Of a stretch of DNA of 64,000 nucleotides, positions 45,096-53,085 are shown one piece after another. Origin of the DNA: Acidobacteriota bacterium. GTDB taxonomy: Bacteria > Acidobacteriota > Terriglobia > 2-12-FULL-54-10. The notes under the pieces are model-generated. The model was not told the origin of the DNA. It saw nothing but the letters and a program-made list of their open reading frames with translations, and did not search any database. Location of the stretch: assembly GCA_009691245.1 (NCBI GenBank), contig SHUM01000003.1, positions 3,099 to 67,098 on the forward strand, read 5' to 3'. How positions within the stretch are numbered: position 1 is the first letter of the stretch; every line of letters begins with the position of its first letter. The position numbers and the translations under genes are program-made.

Positions 45096-48000
45096 ATGAT
45101 CTGGCCACCATCTGGAAAGTCACCGCGCCTGCGCGCCAGAACGTTTTCTCGTTCCCATTCCACATTGCTATCCGCTTTGCTAGTCCTGCTTACCCCGCAG
45201 GTGGCCGTACACGCGCAATCAGTCGGCGGGACCATCCGCGGGCAGGTGCGTGATTCGAGTGGCGGGGCCATTGCTTCCGCGGTGCTCCTGTTGCGCGACA
45301 CCGATAAAGGTCTCGACTACACCGGCCACAGCGACCCCTCCGGCGTGTTTCAATTCGCAGCCCCGGTAGGCAACTACGAGCTTCAGGCGTCCGCGCCGAA
45401 TTTCACGGCGGTGAAAGAGGTGAGGCTCAATCTGTCGCTCGGGCAAACCATCATGCTGGAGATTGCGCTGCCCGTCGCGGGCATCCAGCAAAGTATTGAA
45501 GTGGTCGCGACGGCCCCGCTGGTCGAGACCACCAGCGGCGTGTTGGCGGGACTGGTCAGTCGCGAGCAGTTGGCCGCGCTGCCGCTGAACGGCCGCGACT
45601 TCGGACAGCTCGCGCTACTGCAGCCCGGCGTGGCCGCCAACTCGAACGGTGCGAACTCGCCTTTCGGCGGACGCTGGGCCACGTTTGTAGTGAATGGACA
45701 GCTCGATCAATCCACATTGTTCCTCGTCGATGGCTCGGAGTTGAACGACTTGGCCTCAGGGCGGAACCCCAGTGGATCAAGCGGCCTGCTGCTCGGACTC
45801 GACTCGGTGCAGGAGTTTCAGGTCCTGTTGCACAACTACAAAGCCGAGTTCGGCAAGAACTCCGGCGGCGTCATCCACGTGGCCACGCGCTCGGGCACCA
45901 ACGCGCTGCGCGGCACGGTGTTCGAATTTCTGCGCAACAGCAGGCTCGACGCGAAGAATTTCTTCGACCTTTCCGCGCAGCCCATCCCCGCCTTCCAGCG
46001 CAATCAATTCGGCGCATCGCTCGGCGGCCCGCTGCGCCGCGACCGAACGTTTTTCTTCTTGAGCTACGAGGGACTGCGCGAGCGCAAGGCCATCACCAGC
46101 GTGGCCACTGTTCCTGCGGCGGGGGTGCGTGCGAGCGCGGCGGGTAACGTCATTCCCTTTCTCAATCTCTATCCGCTGCCCAACGGCCCGCTAAATCCAG
46201 ACGGTCGCACCGCCAGCTTCTCTTCGAGCGTCGTGCAACCCGCGCGGGAGGATTTCGGGTTGGTGCGCATCGATCATCGCCTGCGCCGCGAATGGAACTC
46301 CCACACGAAGTTTTCCACGCAAGACAGCCTGGTCGAGCCGCCCTTTGCTTCCACTCCCGTGCCGGGATTTCCGCAGAGCTTGCCGCATCGCATCACCAAC
46401 GCGCTGGTGGGCCTCACCGTGCCCTTCTCGGCGAATGCGCTGGGCGATTTTCACTTCGCCTTCAATCGTACTTTCGGCGCCATCGAGCTGCCGCCGCCGC
46501 CCGGCGGGCTGACCATCACGCCAGTGGCAGGCCGCAACTTTGGCCTGATCAACGTAACGGGCATCTCCAATCTCGGCACGCAGACGTTCGTGCCGCGCGC
46601 CGCGCAGAATCTTTTTGAATCTGCCGCACAGTTTTCTATCCGCCAGGGCCGCCACGCACAGAAGTACGGCGTTACCGTACAGCGCTATCAGGACAACGAA
46701 CTGCGCGGGACGTTCTTCAACGGTCAGTACACCTTTGCCGGACTCACGCAGTTTCTCGCCGGCACACCCGCTTCGTGGCTTGGCGTGCTGGGCGGAACCA
46801 GTGCCGCTGGCCCCGCTTCGCCCGCTGGGTGGCGCTGGACTACGATCAGTGCATTCGCGCAGGAAGATTTCGAGCTGACGCCGCGCTTCACCTTGAACCT
46901 CGGCCTGCGCTATGAGTTCACTACTTCGCCCGGCGATGTCCTCGGCCAGATCGCCAACTTGCGCTCGCCGCTGGACGCCACCGTCACGCTCGGCGGGTCG
47001 CTGTTCAACACCATCGCGCGCTCCTTCTCGCCGCGCTTTGGATTTGCATGGAGTCCGACTCGAGGTAATCGAAGTGATGAGCGCTCGGCGCTGCGCGGCG
47101 GCTTCGGAATTTTCTATAATCCGCTGGTGGTGAACATGTGGGCCAACTCGCGCCTGGTGCCGCCGTTTGTGAACACCGTGCTGCTGGCGGGCGGGCCGCC
47201 ATTTCCCAATCCGCTGGCCACGGGCCGCGCGCCCGCGCTCTCGACCACGGGGCAGGCGCTCGACTTCAATCTCAGCCAGCCTTATACCATGCAGTGGAAC
47301 ATCGAGTGGCAGCAGCAGTTCGCCGACGGCTGGGTGACGCGCGCCGCCTACGCCGGCAATCGCAGCCTGCACATCCTGCGCTCGCTCGAATCGAACCCCG
47401 GCACGCCGGTCGTCCTCGCCGACGGGCGCAAGTGCTTCAACTTTCTCGCCGCCGCCGGTGGCTCCAACGCCGCCTGCCCGTCCGGCTCCACCGTACGCCG
47501 CAACCTGAATTTCGGGCCGATCCGCGGTCGCTCCTCCGACGGACGCTCGTGGTATGACTCGCTGCAATTCACCGCCGAGCGCCGCATCTCCGATGGAGCA
47601 ACCGTGCAGGGTTCCTACACATGGAGCAAGTCGCTCAGCACCAACAACTCGTCGTTCACCTCGTTTCCGAGTCAACCGTCGAACACGCAAGACCCCGACG
47701 ACATATACCTCGACAAAGCCGTCTCGGCTTTCGATGTTCGCCACCGCCTTGCCGTACACGCCATCCTCGCGCTGCCCTCGTTCGCGCCGGGCGCGCCCGG
47801 GCGCGTGCTGCACGGGTGGCGCATTGCGGCCATCGGCTCGCTCTCTTCTGGGTATCCGTTCACGGTGGTGGACGGCATCAATCGCTCGCAGAATCTCCAG
47901 ACCGATGTCGCTCTCGCCGACCGTCCGAACTGGGCCGCTCGCGCGACTGTTGCAGGGGCGACCAGCGGAGTCTCCAGGGCTTGTCGCATTGATGGACAGG

Positions 48001-48377
48001 AGCTTTTCGGCGGACGCAAACTGGGCACTCCCGATCTGTACTTCGATCCGTGCGCGTTCGTTCTACAGCCGCAGGGCTTCTACGGCAACGCCGCGCGCAA
48101 CGCGCTCACCGGCCCGGGATTTTTCAATGCCGATCTTTCGCTGAGCAGAAACTTTGCGCTGCACGAGCGGCAGCAGCTTGAGTTCCGCGCCGACCTGTTC
48201 AACATTCTGAACAGGCCCAACTTCGCGACGCCCAGCAGCCCCACCGGCGCGCAGGTCTCCGGCGGCGCCATCGTGTTTCCCGATGCCACCGGCGCGCCCG
48301 CCGGGAATGCGGGACAGATCTTCCGCACGGTGAATGACTCGCGACAGATTCAGTTTTCGTTGCGCTACAGCTTTTAG
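45096..48377 (+). CDS. TonB-dependent receptor, Oar-like, with a carboxypeptidase-regulatory-like N-domain
   Basis: GTIRGQVRDSSG, LPLNGRDF, VQEFQV, FEFLRNS.LDA.NFF, RNQFG, TLNLGLRYE and C-terminal RQIQFSLRYSF. Confidence 0.93.
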   Translation: MIWPPSGKSPRLRARTFSRSHSTLLSALLVLLTPQVAVHAQSVGGTIRGQVRDSSGGAIASAVLLLRDTDKGLDYTGHSDPSGVFQFAAPVGNYELQASAPNFTAVKEVRLNLSLGQTIMLEIALPVAGIQQSIEVVATAPLVETTSGVLAGLVSREQLAALPLNGRDFGQLALLQPGVAANSNGANSPFGGRWATFVVNGQLDQSTLFLVDGSELNDLASGRNPSGSSGLLLGLDSVQEFQVLLHNYKAEFGKNSGGVIHVATRSGTNALRGTVFEFLRNSRLDAKNFFDLSAQPIPAFQRNQFGASLGGPLRRDRTFFFLSYEGLRERKAITSVATVPAAGVRASAAGNVIPFLNLYPLPNGPLNPDGRTASFSSSVVQPAREDFGLVRIDHRLRREWNSHTKFSTQDSLVEPPFASTPVPGFPQSLPHRITNALVGLTVPFSANALGDFHFAFNRTFGAIELPPPPGGLTITPVAGRNFGLINVTGISNLGTQTFVPRAAQNLFESAAQFSIRQGRHAQKYGVTVQRYQDNELRGTFFNGQYTFAGLTQFLAGTPASWLGVLGGTSAAGPASPAGWRWTTISAFAQEDFELTPRFTLNLGLRYEFTTSPGDVLGQIANLRSPLDATVTLGGSLFNTIARSFSPRFGFAWSPTRGNRSDERSALRGGFGIFYNPLVVNMWANSRLVPPFVNTVLLAGGPPFPNPLATGRAPALSTTGQALDFNLSQPYTMQWNIEWQQQFADGWVTRAAYAGNRSLHILRSLESNPGTPVVLADGRKCFNFLAAAGGSNAACPSGSTVRRNLNFGPIRGRSSDGRSWYDSLQFTAERRISDGATVQGSYTWSKSLSTNNSSFTSFPSQPSNTQDPDDIYLDKAVSAFDVRHRLAVHAILALPSFAPGAPGRVLHGWRIAAIGSLSSGYPFTVVDGINRSQNLQTDVALADRPNWAARATVAGATSGVSRACRIDGQELFGGRKLGTPDLYFDPCAFVLQPQGFYGNAARNALTGPGFFNADLSLSRNFALHERQQLEFRADLFNILNRPNFATPSSPTGAQVSGGAIVFPDATGAPAGNAGQIFRTVNDSRQIQFSLRYSF

Positions 48378-48392
48378 GTTTAGTTTCGAAAA

Positions 48393-48470
48393 CAGAGCCG
48401 CGACCGTTAGGGAGCGCGGGTTGCTCCCCGTAACGAAAGCAACCACCGCTCCCTAACGGTCGCGACTCTG
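48393..48470. repeat. REP-like inverted repeat, family A
   Basis: CAGAGCCGCGACCGTTAGGGAGCG ... CGCTCCCTAACGGTCGCGACTCTG. Confidence 0.85.
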
Positions 48471-48489
48471 ATCCGATTTCCCGACTTAT

Positions 48490-49281
48490 ATGAATTCACC
48501 GTGGCACCTTCCGCGCATCCCCGAGCCTGAGGAGATGGACTGCTCGGACGAGGTGGAGGTCTACAACTCCGCTGCCGCCTCGGCACACCTCGATGCCATC
48601 GACAACACGTTTGTAGAACATCTGATGAGGCTGCTGCCGGAATCAGAGCCCCGACCGCCAGGGAGGGGGCACGCCAGGGACACAGGGATGATCGGCAACC
48701 GTGCCCCCTCCCTGGCGGTCGGGGCTCTGAGGGATCAAGTGCGAAAATCACAATATCTTGGGTTGGATATTGGCTGCGGCCCGGCGCAGATTCCTGTGAA
48801 GACGCTTCAGCGGGTTCCAGGCCTGCGGTTGGTTGGTCTGGATGGCGCGGGCAACATGCTGCGCTGCGCGCGCGCGAATGCCGTGCAAGCTGGCGTTGAG
48901 GATCGGCTGATACTGGCCCAAGGCGACGCGAAGAATCTGCCCTTCGCGGACGGCACGTTCTCCATCGTCACCTGCAACTCGATGCTGCACCATGCGCGTG
49001 ATCCTCTGGCGCTGTTGCGCGAGATACGCCGCGTGGCCGCTCCCGGTGCGGCGATCCTACTGCGCGACCTACGGCGTCCGGCGTATCCGCTTCAGGCCTG
49101 GCACCTATGGCGGCATGGACGGAAATACAGTGGGCTGATGCGCCGCCTGTTCGACTTGAGCGTGCAAGCCGCATACACCGCCGACGAACTGGAGGCCATG
49201 CTGCGCGCCGTGCCCATCCCAGGCGCGCGCGTGTTCCGCTACAAGGGCGCGCATATTGGAATTGAAAGGCGGGGGAATTGA
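48490..49281 (+). CDS. Class I SAM-dependent methyltransferase containing an in-frame REP insert
   Basis: LPRIPEPEEMD N-terminus, LDIGCGPA motif I, GDAKNLPFADGTF and NSMLHH. Confidence 0.88.
   Translation: MNSPWHLPRIPEPEEMDCSDEVEVYNSAAASAHLDAIDNTFVEHLMRLLPESEPRPPGRGHARDTGMIGNRAPSLAVGALRDQVRKSQYLGLDIGCGPAQIPVKTLQRVPGLRLVGLDGAGNMLRCARANAVQAGVEDRLILAQGDAKNLPFADGTFSIVTCNSMLHHARDPLALLREIRRVAAPGAAILLRDLRRPAYPLQAWHLWRHGRKYSGLMRRLFDLSVQAAYTADELEAMLRAVPIPGARVFRYKGAHIGIERRGN
48643..48730. repeat. Family A variant REP inside a coding sequence
   Basis: Perfect 31-bp inverted arms at 48643-48673 and 48700-48730. The left arm equals that of the intergenic copy at 13171. Confidence 0.9.
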
Positions 49282-49284
49282 TAC

Positions 49285-49356
49285 GAGCCTGTCCGCAGAT
49301 TACACAGATGGCGGGTTAACCCTTCTGCGAAATCTGTGCAATCTGCGGACAGGCTC
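49285..49356. repeat. Palindromic repeat or hairpin between convergent genes
   Basis: GAGCCTGTCCGCAGATTACACAGAT ... ATCTGTGCAATCTGCGGACAGGCTC. Confidence 0.75.
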
Positions 49357-49385
49357 CGTTACTTCGTTTCGGGAACATGCGTTGG

Positions 49386-50453
49386 CTACGAGTGGGGTTG
49401 CAGAATGACCTTCAGGGAATTCTCTCTGGGGTTGGAGGCCAGATCGAAGGCGTTGCGGATGCCGCTCAACGGGAAGCGGTGGGTGATGAGGTCCTCTACC
49501 TGAACACGGCGCGTGGCGATCCAGTCGAGCGCCTCGGCCATGTCGCGCGGCGCGGCGCCGTAGCTGAACAGTACGGATGGTTGCGCGATCCAGAAGCGGG
49601 TGAAGGGAATTTCGAGTTTCTTGTCGGGGCCGTCGGCGGCGAAGAACATGATCTGCCCGCCCCGGTTGATACACTCCAGCGCCTGAGTGGCCGCGGCGGG
49701 CGCGCCCGTGCAGACAATCACGCGATCAGCGGAGGGCAGCTTCTGGCTGGCCAGGCAGACTTCATCGGCACCGCTGTGCAGCGCCGCTTGCAGACGATCC
49801 TGGCTCATATCGACGGCGATGATCTTCCCCGCGCCCAGCGCGCGCAGCAACTTAATGTGTAGCAAGCCGGCTAGGCCGCTGCCGATTACCAGCGCGGAAC
49901 GATCCGCCACCGGCATGATTTTGCGCACCGAGCGCACCACGCAGCCGAGCGGCTCAACGAAAGAGGCTTCGTCAAAACTCACCGAGTCGGGAATCCGGTA
50001 GAGGCCGTTGGTGATGCCGGATTCAAGAATGCGCACATACTGCGCGAACCCGCCCGGTTCGATGTGCTTGTGGTGCATGGTCTCGCAGGCGGTCTCATTG
50101 CCATCCAGGCAGGGCACGCATTTCAGGCAGGGAAAATGATGCGTGATCACTACGCGATCACCGGGTGAGAAACTGGAGACCTGCTCACCGACGCGCACAA
50201 TCTCGCCGGCGATCTCATGGCCGGTGTTGATGGCACCGCGCTTGATGGCTTCGGGCTCGCGGTACCAGCGCATGGTGTCACTGCCGCAGATGCCACAGGA
50301 GCGCACTGCCGCCAGAATTTCCGAAGCGCCGATGGCCGGAACGGAGCAATCTTCCACACGCACGTCCTGATGGCTGTAGTAGAAGCCCGCCTTCATCTGT
50401 GCGGGAAGATTGTCGTTGGCGCCGGAAGATGTAGGAGTGGGTGGCGTCGCCAT
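49386..50453 (-). CDS. Zinc-dependent (MDR family) dehydrogenase
   Basis: CGICGSD, GHE.AG, structural Zn C..C..C.......C and GSGLAG. Confidence 0.92.
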   Translation of the reverse strand: MATPPTPTSSGANDNLPAQMKAGFYYSHQDVRVEDCSVPAIGASEILAAVRSCGICGSDTMRWYREPEAIKRGAINTGHEIAGEIVRVGEQVSSFSPGDRVVITHHFPCLKCVPCLDGNETACETMHHKHIEPGGFAQYVRILESGITNGLYRIPDSVSFDEASFVEPLGCVVRSVRKIMPVADRSALVIGSGLAGLLHIKLLRALGAGKIIAVDMSQDRLQAALHSGADEVCLASQKLPSADRVIVCTGAPAAATQALECINRGGQIMFFAADGPDKKLEIPFTRFWIAQPSVLFSYGAAPRDMAEALDWIATRRVQVEDLITHRFPLSGIRNAFDLASNPRENSLKVILQPHS

Positions 50454-50458
50454 TTGAA

Positions 50459-51412
50459 CTAGCCTCGCACTTGCTCGAAGATTTTGTAGCCCTCGTCCGG
50501 AGTAGCGCCGTTGTGGACCACGGCACGCAGCGCCTGAATCATCGCCACGGGATGCTTGTGCCGCCAGACGCGGCGGCCGAAGTCGATACCCTTGGCGCCC
50601 TTCTGGATGGAGTCATAGGCGAGGTTCAGGCTGTCGCGCGTTTCGTCAATTCCCTTGGGCGCCTTGCCGCCGGCGACGATGACGGGCACGCCGCTGGTCA
50701 CAATGACACGCTCGAAGCCCACGCCGCAGTTGTAGGTCTTGATCATGTCGGCGCCGTGCGCGACCATAATGGCGCTGGCGCGCGTGAGGAAGTCGGAGTC
50801 CTTCTCGAGATAGCCGAGCGCATTGCCCACGGCGACCACGCCCAGCACGGCGATGCCGGCCTTGCGCGCGTGCCGCGACATGGTGGCCAGATTGTTCAGC
50901 GTGCTCGACTGGTACTTCGTGCGCAGATACACGGAGACCGCGGCGGCCACCGCGCCTTCTTCCTTCACATTCTGGCCGGAGAGAATCAGCCGCTCGTTGG
51001 CGATGGTGTCGGGCTCGTGCAGGAAGCTATCGAGATAACGGAACCATTCAAACTCCGCATCGCTGGCCTGGCCACTGTCCGTCTTCGTTCTTAACTCGGC
51101 GTAGGTGCTGTCGAAATCCCTGCCGGTGCGTTGCTGATAGGCGAACTTCGCAGGCTCCTGAAGATACCCGGGCACGGAGACGTCCATGGTGCTGGTGCAG
51201 CCGGAGGCGCGCAGGATCACCGGCGCGCTGACCTTGCCGCCAAAGTCGTTGCGCAGCACGGCTGGGTCGGTCATCAACACGTCCACGTAAGGCAGCAGCG
51301 GCCGCAGCACCTGGCCGGGGCGCTCCAGTCCCGCCACCACGCCGAAATATCGATGGTCGGAGGCCAGCACCACGATCCGTTCATTACGGCCAAAAATCTT
51401 CTTCAAGCTCAT
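50459..51412 (-). CDS. LsrF/DhnA-type class I aldolase or thiolase with an internal insertion
   Basis: LASDH, ILRASG, GADMIKTY (Schiff-base Lys), VPVIVAGG and GIDFGRRVW. Confidence 0.82.
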   Translation of the reverse strand: MSLKKIFGRNERIVVLASDHRYFGVVAGLERPGQVLRPLLPYVDVLMTDPAVLRNDFGGKVSAPVILRASGCTSTMDVSVPGYLQEPAKFAYQQRTGRDFDSTYAELRTKTDSGQASDAEFEWFRYLDSFLHEPDTIANERLILSGQNVKEEGAVAAAVSVYLRTKYQSSTLNNLATMSRHARKAGIAVLGVVAVGNALGYLEKDSDFLTRASAIMVAHGADMIKTYNCGVGFERVIVTSGVPVIVAGGKAPKGIDETRDSLNLAYDSIQKGAKGIDFGRRVWRHKHPVAMIQALRAVVHNGATPDEGYKIFEQVRG

Positions 51413-51573
51413 ACTGCTCTCCCTTCATAACTGAATGGGGGATTCCCTGCGGCTGAAAGTCTCAGCGCAAAACACTCCCACCAGTATAGAACAGGATCAA
51501 ACGGCCCAGCAAAATTCCGGGTCCTTGAATCGTGTGGGCGATCCAACGGGGGTGTTCAGGCTACAATCAGGCG

Positions 51574-52317
51574 ATGGAGATTAATGCGAGAAGCCTGTCG
51601 CGGTTGGGGCTGGTGCTCGGCACAGCCTGCGAATACATTGTGCGTTATGGAGCCCGTAGGCTCTTTGGACGGCTCACGGCGCAGGCCCGAGCCCAGTGGC
51701 TGCATCGGTGCTGCGGTCGCGGCCTAAGGCGGCTGGGAATTCCCGTCCAGGTCTCCGGAAAATTTCCGTCGCGCGGACTGATCGTCTCGAATCACTTGAG
51801 CTATCTCGACATTCTCATCTACAGCAGCATCTCGCCGTGCGTGTTTGTCTCCAAACGCGAAGTGCGTTCCTGGCCGGTGTTCGGGATCATGGCCGCCATC
51901 GCCGGCACCGTCTTTATTGATCGTGCGCGCAATGTGGACGCGCTGCGCGTGAACCATGAGATGTTGGAGACGTTGGCGCAGGATGCGGTTGTAGTTCTCT
52001 ACGCCGAGGGCACCAGCAGCGATGGGCACGGGGTTCTCCCCTTTCGCCCCGCGCTGTTCGATGGCGTGGTGAGGTCCGGCGTGCCCATTACCCCCGCGCA
52101 CATCAGCTATCGCTTGAGCGATGGCCGGCCAGAGGACGATGTTTGCTACTGGGGCGACCACTCGTTCCTGCCGCACCTGCTCAGGTGCCTCTCGCGCCAC
52201 GGCTTGCAGGCGACCGTGCAGTTCTCGGCTGAGTCCCGCACCTATGAAGACCGCAAAGTGGCCGCACAACAGACGCACGACGCCGTTGCACAGCTCGCGC
52301 AACAGGCCAGCGGTTAA
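51574..52317 (+). CDS. Lysophospholipid or lyso-ornithine-lipid acyltransferase (PlsC/OlsA-like)
   Basis: NHLSYLD (HX4D), GTVFIDR and EGTSS. Confidence 0.9.
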   Translation: MEINARSLSRLGLVLGTACEYIVRYGARRLFGRLTAQARAQWLHRCCGRGLRRLGIPVQVSGKFPSRGLIVSNHLSYLDILIYSSISPCVFVSKREVRSWPVFGIMAAIAGTVFIDRARNVDALRVNHEMLETLAQDAVVVLYAEGTSSDGHGVLPFRPALFDGVVRSGVPITPAHISYRLSDGRPEDDVCYWGDHSFLPHLLRCLSRHGLQATVQFSAESRTYEDRKVAAQQTHDAVAQLAQQASG

Positions 52318-52360
52318 CCAGAATAATATTGTCTGATGTGAGGATATTGCGGAGAGGCTG

Positions 52361-52442
52361 CGACCCCGACAGGGTCGGTGTTCTTGCGGTACGGTTTCCG
52401 GGGGCGTTGCCACCGGCTCTTCACCTTAATCCCCTTCGGGGA
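52361..52442. repeat. Cluster of three short REP-like hairpins
   Basis: CGACCC-CGACA-GGGTCG, CCGGGGGC-GTT-GCCACCGG and TCCCC-TTC-GGGGA between convergent genes. Confidence 0.55.
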
Positions 52443-52557
52443 CGGTTCGTCCTGCTGCTTTCCATCTCCTACAAATCTTGTGAAAGCAGGCCATGCAAAA
52501 ATAGCGTGAGCTTACTGTCAGCGCAGACTCCCCGGTCGCTGAAGACAAGCCGCAGCC

Positions 52558-52785
52558 TTATACTGCTTCCGGCCAGGCAATTCCCTTTAGCGCGAACATC
52601 TCGCGTGCCGAGGCGCGCGTCGCGCACTCGCTGCACATCCACACCGGAGGCTCGTCGTCGACCACCGCCGCCTCACACTCCGATACATTCTGGCAGGACC
52701 AGCAGACTTCGATGGCATCCACCACGCGGCGAATGTTTCCACGCATTTCAATCAACTCCCGGTATTCCATGATTGAGACTGTCAT
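52558..52785 (-). CDS. Small Cys-rich protein, putative zinc ribbon
   Basis: Strong AGGTGGAGGT SD and CWSC...C...CSEC. Confidence 0.65.
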   Translation of the reverse strand: MTVSIMEYRELIEMRGNIRRVVDAIEVCWSCQNVSECEAAVVDDEPPVWMCSECATRASAREMFALKGIAWPEAV

Positions 52786-52998
52786 AAGCCACCTCCACCT
52801 TCACCTACACAATAGCAGCGGCCAGATCGGCATTGAATAGCGCGGAAGCCACATTCTTCACTAGTTCCCGAGTACTACTCCCAACATCTTTCGGCTTCTG
52901 CAAACCGAAGATTAATACTGTTCCCGATAATACCAATGCTGATTGTTTGGATTGTTACTTTTGAGAGACGGTTGCCTGCCAGGCAAAAGACTTAAGAA

Positions 52999-53037
52999 TC
53001 AGGCGCTGGAGGAGTGCGCGATCCCTCCAGCGCCTGA
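52999..53037 (-). terminator. Terminator hairpin after the BtuB-like gene
   Basis: 14-bp stem TCAGGCGCTGGAGG/CCTCCAGCGCCTGA followed by a T-rich tract on the minus strand. Confidence 0.65.
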
Positions 53038-53085
53038 CTAAGTTGTGGTCCTGATGTAGAGGTGCTACGCTCGGTTACCGTGAAA

